Positions 27,054 to 37,259 of a stretch of DNA of 47,560 bases are shown here, in pieces. The stretch's first letter is position 1, and each line of letters starts with the position of its first letter. The notes under the pieces were generated by a model. It saw only the letters and a list, made by a program, of their open reading frames with translations. It made no database searches and was not told the DNA's origin. Position numbers and translations under genes: made by a program. The DNA is from Planctomycetia bacterium (GTDB taxonomy: Bacteria; Planctomycetota; Planctomycetia; Pirellulales; UBA1268): contig RFPF01000001.1 in the NCBI GenBank assembly GCA_009926295.1, forward strand, positions 1 through 47,560, read 5' to 3'.

Positions 27054-27788
27054 ATGCTTCGTCGCGCCGCCCTGATCGCGCTTCTCGTCGCTGCTCCGCA
27101 TGCCGCAGCCCGGGCCGACACGACCTACGCCACTCTCGCCGGCAATCTCGGCGCGACCGGCGAGACCGCGGCCAATGTCATCTTTCAGCCGATCTACGGC
27201 TCGACGTTCGCCCAACGCTTCACGACGGGCACGCTCCCGACGATCGGCGACGGCGACTCGAGCGGGCAGATTCTCTATCGATTCAGTTGGGATCTGCTGG
27301 CTGCCCAGAGTGGCTTCGATCCCACCGATGAGGAAAATCCGTTTCCCAATCTCGACACGACCTACACGATGAACCTCTTCACCGACGCAGCCGGCGCGCC
27401 GGGTACGAGTCTTCTCGCACTCGGCCCCACCACCGGCAGCCTGTCGGCGCCGGGCGTCGTGGCGTTTCCGTACGCCGACCTCGTGAACGACCCCAGCATC
27501 GCCCTGCAGTCGAACACGTCGTATTGGCTCACGGTCGCCTTCCAAACGGCCAGTGCTGCGGTGGGCCAACCGCTGCGCCTTCCCTTCACGACCGGCTCGA
27601 ATCAGACCGGCCCCGGCACCATCGACAACCTGATGGTGAACACGGGCTCCGGCTGGAGCAGCCTCTCCGAGCGGGCCGTCGTGCAGGTGCAGGTGGAGAC
27701 GGTGCCTGAACCGTCGGCCATCGCCCTCGCAGCCGCCGGCCTTGCGATCGTCGCCTGGCAGGTCGGCAGGAGCCGAGCCGTCGCGTGA
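27054..27788 (+). CDS. PEP-CTERM sorting-domain protein
   Basis: Signal peptide MLRRAALIALLVAAPHAAARA. C-terminal VPEPSAIALAAAGLAIVAWQVGRSR (VPEP at 27702-27713, then a TM helix and a basic tail) is the canonical PEP-CTERM motif. Confidence 0.85.
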   Translation: MLRRAALIALLVAAPHAAARADTTYATLAGNLGATGETAANVIFQPIYGSTFAQRFTTGTLPTIGDGDSSGQILYRFSWDLLAAQSGFDPTDEENPFPNLDTTYTMNLFTDAAGAPGTSLLALGPTTGSLSAPGVVAFPYADLVNDPSIALQSNTSYWLTVAFQTASAAVGQPLRLPFTTGSNQTGPGTIDNLMVNTGSGWSSLSERAVVQVQVETVPEPSAIALAAAGLAIVAWQVGRSRAVA

Positions 27789-28856
27789 TCACAGCCGCGT
27801 GTGGGCTTCGACCAGAAGCTCTTCCGTCTCGTCCCAGCCGATGCAGGCGTCGGTGATCGAGATGCCGTAGTGCAAGGCCGTGCGGTCGCGCTGCACCGGC
27901 TGGCTCCCGGGGTGGATGTTGCTCTCGAGCATCAGGCCCACGATCGACCGGTCGCCCGCCACGCGTTGCTCGAGCACGTCGCGCCACACGACCGCCTGCC
28001 GGCGGGGATCCTTGCCGGAGTTGGCGTGGCTGCAGTCCACGATCACGCGAGCCGGCAGGCCGGCCGACTCCAGCTTCCGGCGTGCCTCCTCCATCACCTC
28101 CGGCGAGTAGTTCGAGCCGCTGCGGCCGCCGCGGAGCATGAGCACGCCCCACGGATTGCCGGCCGTCGACACGACGCACGTGCCGCCCTCGTTGTCGATC
28201 CCGAGGAACGAGTGGGGCGTGCGGGCCGACTGCATCGCGTCGACCGCAGCCTGGAGCGAGCCGTCGGTGGAGTTCTTGAATCCCACCGGCATCGAGAGGC
28301 CGCTGGCCATCTGCCGGTGCGTCGGACTCTCGGTCGTGCGTGCACCGATCGCCCCGAGCACGATCGTGTCGGCGATGTATTGCGGGGTGATGGGCTCGAG
28401 GAACTCCGTGGCCGTCGGCAGCCCCATCCGGCCGATCTCGATGAGCAGGCCGCGAGCGAGCCGCAGCCCCGTCGCCACGTCGAACGAGTCATCGAGGTGC
28501 GGATCGTTGATCAGCCCCTTCCAGCCCACCGTGGTGCGTGGCTTCTCGAAGTAGACCCGCATGACCACGAGGATCCTGTCGGCCACGCGGCCCGCGAGAT
28601 CCTTCAACCTCGCGGCGTAGTCGCGGGCGGCGTCGGGATCGTGGATCGAGCAGGGACCGACGACGGCGAGCACCCGGTCGTCCTCGCCCGCGAGCACCCG
28701 CTCCACGGCCTGCCGCCCCTCGACGATCGTGCGGGTGGCGGCCGCGTCGAGCGGCAGCAGCGCCATCAGCCGCGCCGGCGGCACGAGCGGCTCCAGGCTC
28801 TTGATCCGCAGGTTCGACGTGGCGAGCGCAGCGGCGGCAGATGCAGTCGGGTTCAT
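27789..28856 (-). CDS. aroG: 3-deoxy-7-phosphoheptulonate (DAHP) synthase, class I alpha
   Basis: LRIKSLEPLVPP, VVGPCSIHDP, VMRVYFEKPRTTVGWKGLINDPHLD, ATEFLEPITPQYIAD, VDCSHANS. ATG at 28856 (MNPTAS..). The isozyme (aroF/G/H) cannot be determined. Confidence 0.9.
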   Translation of the reverse strand: MNPTASAAAALATSNLRIKSLEPLVPPARLMALLPLDAAATRTIVEGRQAVERVLAGEDDRVLAVVGPCSIHDPDAARDYAARLKDLAGRVADRILVVMRVYFEKPRTTVGWKGLINDPHLDDSFDVATGLRLARGLLIEIGRMGLPTATEFLEPITPQYIADTIVLGAIGARTTESPTHRQMASGLSMPVGFKNSTDGSLQAAVDAMQSARTPHSFLGIDNEGGTCVVSTAGNPWGVLMLRGGRSGSNYSPEVMEEARRKLESAGLPARVIVDCSHANSGKDPRRQAVVWRDVLEQRVAGDRSIVGLMLESNIHPGSQPVQRDRTALHYGISITDACIGWDETEELLVEAHTRL

Positions 28857-28901
28857 CTGATCCACTGTAGTTTCAGCGACGCGCGCTTCCTAGGGCTCCC
28901 G

Positions 28902-29300
28902 CGTAGGACAGGCGTCCGGCCTGTCATGACTCAACACATGCGCGCCGGCTCGTGACTGCCCAGACCCCCTCGCCGGACGTTCACTCAGGCCCTCCAGGCC
29001 TTCGTTCACTCGGATGCCGACTACGCTGCGCCATCCCTGGCTCCGCTTGTCGTCATACGCCGGCTCTTTGGTCTGGGCAGCCCCGAGCCTCCTCAACTCA
29101 ATCGGGAAGGGGGAGGCGAGGGGTTGCCCCTACCATTGAGCCGGCGTGAGTGACCAGCGGAGCCATGGATGGCGCAGCGCCTGTCACTCCGAGCGAACGG
29201 AGCCCAGGGATGGGCGCAGTGAGCGTCCGGCGAAATGGTGGGGGCAATCCCGAGCCGGCGCGGGCGCGTTGAGGCATGACAGGCTAAAGCCTGTCCTACG
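28902..29300. repeat. about 400-bp imperfect palindromic element: two ~160-bp inverted copies with hairpin termini and a 77-bp spacer
   Basis: The left arm (28902-29063) aligns with the reverse complement of the right arm (29141-29300) at roughly 70-80% identity by eye. Outer ends are cgtaggacaggc-N5-gcctgtcatg (28902-28928) and catgacaggc-N4-gcctgtcctacg (29275-29300). Each end is itself a GACAGGC/GCCTGTC stem-loop. Confidence 0.7.
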
Positions 29301-29312
29301 GCAGGGATTTGA

Positions 29313-31302
<1,990 letters not shown>

Positions 31303-31306
<4 letters not shown>

Positions 31307-32196
31307 CGGCACGAATCCTCGACGGTCGCGGGCTTGCGGAAAGCATCGAGAACTCGCTTCGCGACGAGGCGGCGACGTTCGTCGACATGTTCAAGCGCCG
31401 GCCGCGGCTGGTGGTCGTGCTCGTGGGTGATTTACCTGCCAGCGGCTCCTACGTGGCGAGCAAGGAGCGGGCGGCCGGGCGCGTCGGGATCGACGCCGAG
31501 GTGATCCGCATGCCGGCCAGCGCCGCCACCGCGGAACTCGTGGCCCTCGTGCGGGCCATCGCCGCCGGCGACCGGGGCACCGTCGATGGCCTCCTCGTGC
31601 AGCTGCCGCTCCCCGAGCACGTCGACGCCGTCGCGGTGCTCGACGCCGTGCCGCCCCATCTCGACGTGGACGGCTTCCACCCGGAGAACGCCGGGCTCCT
31701 GTCGCAGGGCCGCCCCCGGTTCATCCCCTGCACCGCGGCGGGCGTGCAACGGATGATCCTCGATGCGGGCATCTCCACAGCCGGCAGGCACGCGGTGATC
31801 GTCGGCCGCAGCGACATCGTGGGGAGGCCGCTCGCGCTTCTGCTCTCCGCCAAGGGACCGGGCGGCGACGCCACTGTGACGCTCTGCCACAGCCGCTCGG
31901 ACGACCTCGCCGACCATTGTCGTCGGGCCGACATCCTCGTGGCCGCGGTCGGCCGCCCCGGCCTCGTGACGGGCGACATGGTGAAGCCGGGCGCGGCCGT
32001 GATCGACGTCGGGATCAACCGCGTCGAGAGAGACGGCGCAAGCCGGCTCGTGGGCGACGTCGACTTCGACGCCGCGAAGGAGCGGGCCGGCTGGATTTCC
32101 CCCGTGCCGGGAGGCGTGGGGCCGCTGACCGTGGCGATGCTCCTGGCCAACACGCTTCTTGCCGCCGAACTGTCGGTCGGGAAAAACCCCCGCTGA
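31303..32196 (+). CDS. folD: bifunctional 5,10-methylenetetrahydrofolate dehydrogenase / cyclohydrolase
   Basis: ATGA overlap with the upstream stop. ARILDGRGLA, LVVVLVGDLPASGSYVASKERAA, LLVQLPLP, VIVGRSDIVGRPLALLL, PVPGGVGPLTVAMLL. Confidence 0.9.
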
Positions 32197-32483
32197 ATCA
32201 GGGCGGGAACGCGACGAGCGGGGGGCTCTCCACTCCGTGTCCGCTGGTTCCAGGCCACGGGCCCGATGGATCCGACGGGGCATTTCCGGCCTTGAGTCGG
32301 CTCCGCCCGCCGGACTACCCTCCCCGCCCGCAAGGGATCGCCCGCCGCGCGTGTTTGCGCATCTTCGCGCGACGCAGGCAGTTTTCCCGGGCGGTCATGG
32401 ATGGTTCGCGACTGACGCCGCCGTCCGGCGATTCCGATTCCTTTCGGGGGACCGGGAGCCCGCCGGACAGAGAACACGCTTTC

Positions 32484-34433
32484 ATGCAGTATTTCCTCCG
32501 TGCCCTCCGCGACGCCGCCAAGCAGTGGCCGCTGCTCGTGGCATCCTTCCTCTGCTCCGCGGGGGTCGCGAGCCTGTGGGGCGCGAACATTGCCGCCCTG
32601 TTCCCGATCATCGAGGTGACGCTCAACGGCGACTCGCTCCAGTCGTGGAACGCCCGCCGCCTCACCGAGGCCAAGGCGCGCGTCGAGTCGGGTCGCCGGG
32701 AGCAGGCCGAACTGCAGGAGCAACTCGCCGCGGGCAAACTCGTCGCCGGCGATGCGACCCGTGCCCGCGCCCGCATCGACACGCTCTCGCTGGCGGTTCG
32801 CGGAGACGAGGCGGTGGTCTCGACCTCCGACGCTCTCGCCCCGTGGCTCGACCGCTTCCTGCCCACCGATCCGTTCACGACGGTGCTGTGGGTGGTGGGA
32901 TTCGTGGTCGCGAGCACGTTCGTGAAGCACGCGTTCCTGCTGACGAGCACGCTGATCGTGACCTGGGTGGCGATGAACATCAGCCGCGACCTGCGGCTGA
33001 GGGTGTTCGACAAGGCGCTCTCGCTCGACCGAACGCAGTTCATGCGCAACGGCTCGGCCGGTTTCATGGCCCAGGTGACGCACACGTCCGACATGCTCAC
33101 GAGCGGCATCACGAGCGTGTTCGGCGGGGCGGTCACCGAGCCGCTCAAGATCATGGCCTGCCTCGCGGGGGCCCTCTGCATCTCGTGGCAGCTCACGCTC
33201 GCCTGCCTGACGATGGCCCCGGTGGTGGGCTTCCTGATGGTGTGGCTCAACCGCCGCATCCGGGGCATCTCGAAGGGGATCCTCGCCCGGGCCCTCGGCT
33301 TCCACCACGTGCTCCTCGAGGCGCTCAACAACGTGCTCACCGTTCAGGCCTACACGATGGAGGAGTTCGAGCGGCAGCGATTCCGCTCCTGCACCCGCGA
33401 CATGATGAAGACAGGGATGTGGCACAGCTTCTATTTCGCCCTTGCCAACCCGATCACCGAAATCCTCGGCATCGGCATGGTCGCCACCTCGATCGCCGTC
33501 GGTGCATGGCTCGTGATCAACCAGGAGACGCAGATCTTCGGAATCACGATGACCGACCGGCCGATGACGGTGCCGGGCATCATGGTGTTTTTCGGCATGC
33601 TGATCGGCGCCAGCGACCCGGTGCGGAAGCTGTCGGGCGTGTTCACCGGCGTGAACGTTGGCATCGTGGGGGCCCAGCAGCTCTATCCGCTGCTCGACAC
33701 GCCGTCGAGGCTCCGCGAGCCCGCTGCGCCCCGCAGCGTCGCCAGTCCGCACGGCGAGATCCGCCTGCAGGACGTGGCGTTCAGCTACGACGGGATCGAC
33801 ACCGTGCTCAAAGACGTGAACATCTCGATCCCGTTCGGTGAGCGGGTGGCGATCGTGGGGCCGAACGGCGGCGGCAAGAGCACGCTCGTGAACCTCGTGT
33901 GCCGGTTCTACGATCCCACGCGGGGAGCGGTGTTGCTCGACGGCGTGCCGCTCACCGAGATGTCGCTCCACGACCTGCGGCGGCGCATCGCCATGGTCAC
34001 CCAGCAGACCGAGCTGTTCAACGAGTCGATCCTCTACAACATCCGCTACGGCCGCTGGGACGCCACCGAGGAGGAGATCGAGGAGGCCGCCCGCAAGGCC
34101 CACGCGCACGACTTCATCTCGGAGTTTCCAGACGGTTACCGGACGATGGTGGGGCCCAACGGCTTCCGGCTCTCCGGCGGCCAGCGTCAGCGGATCGCGC
34201 TCGCCCGGGCATTCCTGCGCAATGCCGAGATCCTCGTGCTCGACGAGGCCACCAGCCAGATCGACGTGGAGAGCGAGCGGCTCATCCACGAGGCCCTTGC
34301 CCGCTACGTGGAAAATCGTACGGTGATCATGATCACGCACCGGGCGAGCACGCTGGCACTCGCCGACGCGATCATCAAGGTCGAGCACGGAGTCGTCACC
34401 AAGCGGCCGGCCGCACAGATGCAGGCCGCGTGA
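32484..34433 (+). CDS. ABC exporter, fused TMD-NBD (MsbA/lipid-exporter-like), canonical ATPase motifs
   Basis: Walker A GPNGGGKST, Q-loop VTQQTELF, signature LSGGQRQRIALARA, Walker B ILVLDEATS, H-loop ITHR. There is an unusually long hydrophilic coiled-coil-like loop between TM1 and TM2. An alternative ATG lies at 32397. Confidence 0.85.
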   Translation: MQYFLRALRDAAKQWPLLVASFLCSAGVASLWGANIAALFPIIEVTLNGDSLQSWNARRLTEAKARVESGRREQAELQEQLAAGKLVAGDATRARARIDTLSLAVRGDEAVVSTSDALAPWLDRFLPTDPFTTVLWVVGFVVASTFVKHAFLLTSTLIVTWVAMNISRDLRLRVFDKALSLDRTQFMRNGSAGFMAQVTHTSDMLTSGITSVFGGAVTEPLKIMACLAGALCISWQLTLACLTMAPVVGFLMVWLNRRIRGISKGILARALGFHHVLLEALNNVLTVQAYTMEEFERQRFRSCTRDMMKTGMWHSFYFALANPITEILGIGMVATSIAVGAWLVINQETQIFGITMTDRPMTVPGIMVFFGMLIGASDPVRKLSGVFTGVNVGIVGAQQLYPLLDTPSRLREPAAPRSVASPHGEIRLQDVAFSYDGIDTVLKDVNISIPFGERVAIVGPNGGGKSTLVNLVCRFYDPTRGAVLLDGVPLTEMSLHDLRRRIAMVTQQTELFNESILYNIRYGRWDATEEEIEEAARKAHAHDFISEFPDGYRTMVGPNGFRLSGGQRQRIALARAFLRNAEILVLDEATSQIDVESERLIHEALARYVENRTVIMITHRASTLALADAIIKVEHGVVTKRPAAQMQAA

Positions 34434-34945
34434 CGAAACGCGTGGCGGAAGCCGTCAACTGCACCTGCGGATACCGGGGGCCGGCCATCGACGTGGCAGG
34501 CCGGCTCGTCTGCCCGATCTGCCGCACCCCGGCCATGGCGGCGACTCCCACCCGCGTGGAGCCGTCTGCTGCTGCGCCGCCGGCATCGTCCCGGTCGCCG
34601 ACACCGGTGGCCGTCCCCCAGACGCTCCGCATCCCCTGCCCCCGCGGCCACCTGCTCAAGGCCGGCGCGCACATGCTCGGGCAGCAGGTCGTTTGCCCCG
34701 AATGCAACGAGATGTTTCTCCTCCGCGAGTCCGACAGTGTCGAGGGCCGCCGGCGGGAGGAGCAGGTCCGGCGAGCCGCCGAGGAGCGGATCGCCAGGGT
34801 ATGGCTCGTGCGCTCGGTCTGGGCCGCCGCGATCATCGTCGCGGGGCTCGTCGGGATGGTCGCATTCAGCTTCGCGAGGCGCGTGCCCGGACAGCGGCCA
34901 GGCGATCCGCCCAGCGTCCCGGATCCCGCGGCTCGAACCGAGTGA
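34430..34945 (+). CDS. hypothetical double zinc-ribbon protein with C-terminal TM anchor
   Basis: GTGA overlap with the ABC stop. Two Cys pairs per module (CTCG..CPIC and CPRGH..CPEC), a charged helix, then a hydrophobic WAAAIIVAGLVGMVAF. The 3' ~80 nt overlaps the convergent rhaB-like gene. Confidence 0.45.
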   Translation: MTKRVAEAVNCTCGYRGPAIDVAGRLVCPICRTPAMAATPTRVEPSAAAPPASSRSPTPVAVPQTLRIPCPRGHLLKAGAHMLGQQVVCPECNEMFLLRESDSVEGRRREEQVRRAAEERIARVWLVRSVWAAAIIVAGLVGMVAFSFARRVPGQRPGDPPSVPDPAARTE

Positions 34946-36362
34946 TCTCGAAGCTGTCGCGAACCACCGCCCGCACGCTCCGCAGGTCGACGGAGCCGTC
35001 GCGCGCGAGGAGCTGCACGAGCAGGTTGCCGATCGCCGTCGCCTCGACGGGACCGGCGAGCACGGGCCGGCCGGTGGCGTCGGCGATCATCTGGCACAGC
35101 AGGGCGTTTTTCACACCCCCGCCCACGACGTGGATTCGGGCCACCCGCCGCCCGAGCAGGTCGTCGAGTTCCGCGAGCGTCGTGGAAACGGCCGCCGCCA
35201 CGCTCTCGAGCGCCGTGCGGACGACGGCTGCCGTCGACTACGGCACCGGCTCGCCCGACTCGCTCGCCAGCGTGCGGATCGCCTCGGGCATGTCGGGAGG
35301 GGCCACGAGGCTCGGGTGGTTGGGATCGACGAGCGTGCCGAGCGACGGCGCCTCCGCCGCGAGCGCCGTGAGCTGCTCCCACGTCCAGTCCTTGCCAGCC
35401 CGCTGCCAGCTCACCCGGCACTGCTGCACGAGCCACAGGCCGCACACGTTCTTGAGGAGCCGCGTCGTGCCGCCGATGCCACCCTCGTTGGTGAAGTTGC
35501 GGGCAAGGCACTCGGGCGTGACGAGCGGCCGGTCGAGTTCGGCCCCGACGAGCGCCCATGTCCCGAGACTCACGTAGCACCAGTCGGGCCTGGGGCTCGG
35601 TGGTTCCGGGGCCGGAACGGCCGCGACGGCGCTCGCCGTGTCGTGCGTGCCCGGCACCACCACCGCCACTCCCGCCAGCCCGGTCTCGGCCACGACCTCG
35701 GCCCGCAGGCCGCCGAGCGACGTTCCCGGCTCGACGAGCGGCCCGAACACACGTCGCGGCAGGCCGAGGCGGTCGAGGAGCCCCGCGGCCCAGTCGCGGG
35801 CCCGCGGGTCGTAACACTGCGACGTCGAGGCATTGGTGTGCTCGTTCGCCGCCTGCCCCGAGAGCAGCCAGTGGAAGATGTCGGGGATCATGAGCAGGCG
35901 GTCGGCCGCCGCGAGCACGCTCGAATTCCGCTCCTGCATGGCGAGGAGCTGGTAGAGCGAATTGATCTCCATGAACTGCAGCCCAGTGGCGGCGAAGATC
36001 TCGGGCCGCGGCACGACCGCCTCGGCGGCGGCGAGCATGCCGCGGGTGCGGGAGTCGCGGTAGCAGACGGGGTTGGCCAGGAGCGCACCGTCCGCACCGA
36101 GAAACGAGAAATCCACACCCCACGTGTCGACGCCCACCGTCTTCACGGCCGCCCCGTGACGTGCACCCGCCTTCCGCAGGCCCGCCACGACCTCCTGCCA
36201 GAGCCGGACGAGATCCCACACCAGTTCGCCCGCCAGTGACACCGGGCCGTTGTCGAAGCGGTGGATCTCCTCCAGTTCGAGGAGCCGACCGTCGAACGCG
36301 CCGGAAACGACACGTCCTCCCGAGGCCCCGAGATCGACCGCCAGTGCCACACTTCGCGTCAT
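34866..36362 (-). pseudogene. rhaB: FGGY-family carbohydrate kinase, rhamnulokinase-like, interrupted by a single in-frame TAG (35238-35240)
   Basis: N-terminal part (36362..35241): ALAVDLGASGGRV, VGVDTWGVDF, YRDSRT, GTHDTASAV, NEGG..LKNVCGLWL. C-terminal part in the same frame (35237..34866): IHVVGGGVKNALLCQMIADATGRPVLAGPVEATAIGN. Both ORFs share frame (codon starts congruent to 2 mod 3). Confidence 0.75.
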
Positions 36363-36522
36363 ATGCCCGTCCCATCCTCCAGCGCCGGGGTGAGGATGAC
36401 AGACTACCCCAGCACCGCGATCGGGCAATTCGGCCGCGGCATCTCCGATTTCCACGCGACCCCGGGATGGCCGCCCGATCAGGGTCGCGAAATCCGCCCT
36501 CAGACCATATGGTTAAGTCGTC

Positions 36523-37245
36523 ATGTCGACCGCAGACGAAGCAGCACCCCAGTCCCCGGAATTCCTCGCCGAACTCGCCCGGGCCAGCGCGAGCCTCGAG
36601 TCGGCGGAGCCGCCCGAGATCATCCGCTGGGCCGCCGAACGCTTCGGCGACCGGCTCACGATGGCGACCGCCTTCGGCCCCGAAGGCTGCGCGATCATCC
36701 ATTGGCTGGCGGCCGTCGCCCCGCGGACGTACGTGTTCAACCTCGAGACGGGATACCAGTTCAAGGAAACGCTGGACCTTCGCGACCGCCTCGCCAAGCG
36801 CTACGGCCTCGAGGTCGCCCTCGAGGCGCCGGACACGGACGTCGAGGAATATGAGCGGCTGCACGGCGGGCCGCTCCACCACACCGATCCGAATCGCTGC
36901 TGCCACGATCGCAAGATCGTGGTGATCAGGAGGGTTCTCGCCAATTTCGACGCCTGGATGAGCGGCATCCGCCGCGACCAGAGCGCGGACAGGTCGGTCG
37001 CGCCGATCGTGGGCTGGGACGCGAAGTTCGGCGTGGTCAAGGTCTCGCCCCTGGCGAACTGGACCAAGGCCAAGGTCTGGGACTTCATCGTCAGGGAGAA
37101 CATCCCCTACAACCCGCTGCATGATTCGGGCTACGTGAGCATCGGCTGCTGGCCGTGCACCCGCGCGATCACCGCCGGCGAGGACGAACGCGCCGGCCGC
37201 TGGAGCGGGACCGCGAAAACCGAATGCGGTCTGCATTCGAAGTAG
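36523..37245 (+). CDS. cysH: adenylyl-/phosphoadenylyl-sulfate reductase (thioredoxin-dependent), Fe-S type
   Basis: PAPS_reduct fold blocks MATAFGPEGCAIIHW and WMSGIRRDQS. Cys-Cys (NRCCHDRK) plus CWPC cluster ligands are typical of APS reductases. C-terminal catalytic ECGLH. Confidence 0.85.
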   Translation: MSTADEAAPQSPEFLAELARASASLESAEPPEIIRWAAERFGDRLTMATAFGPEGCAIIHWLAAVAPRTYVFNLETGYQFKETLDLRDRLAKRYGLEVALEAPDTDVEEYERLHGGPLHHTDPNRCCHDRKIVVIRRVLANFDAWMSGIRRDQSADRSVAPIVGWDAKFGVVKVSPLANWTKAKVWDFIVRENIPYNPLHDSGYVSIGCWPCTRAITAGEDERAGRWSGTAKTECGLHSK

Positions 37246-37259
37246 GACGGGGCGGACGC

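Noticed and set aside
35238-35240. The in-frame TAG as pyrrolysine or other programmed recoding.
   Set aside because: There are no pyl genes or recoding signals visible, and the codon aligns with an ordinary Glu in RhaB. A point mutation or base-call error is the simpler explanation. It is kept as a finding only as a possible pseudogene.
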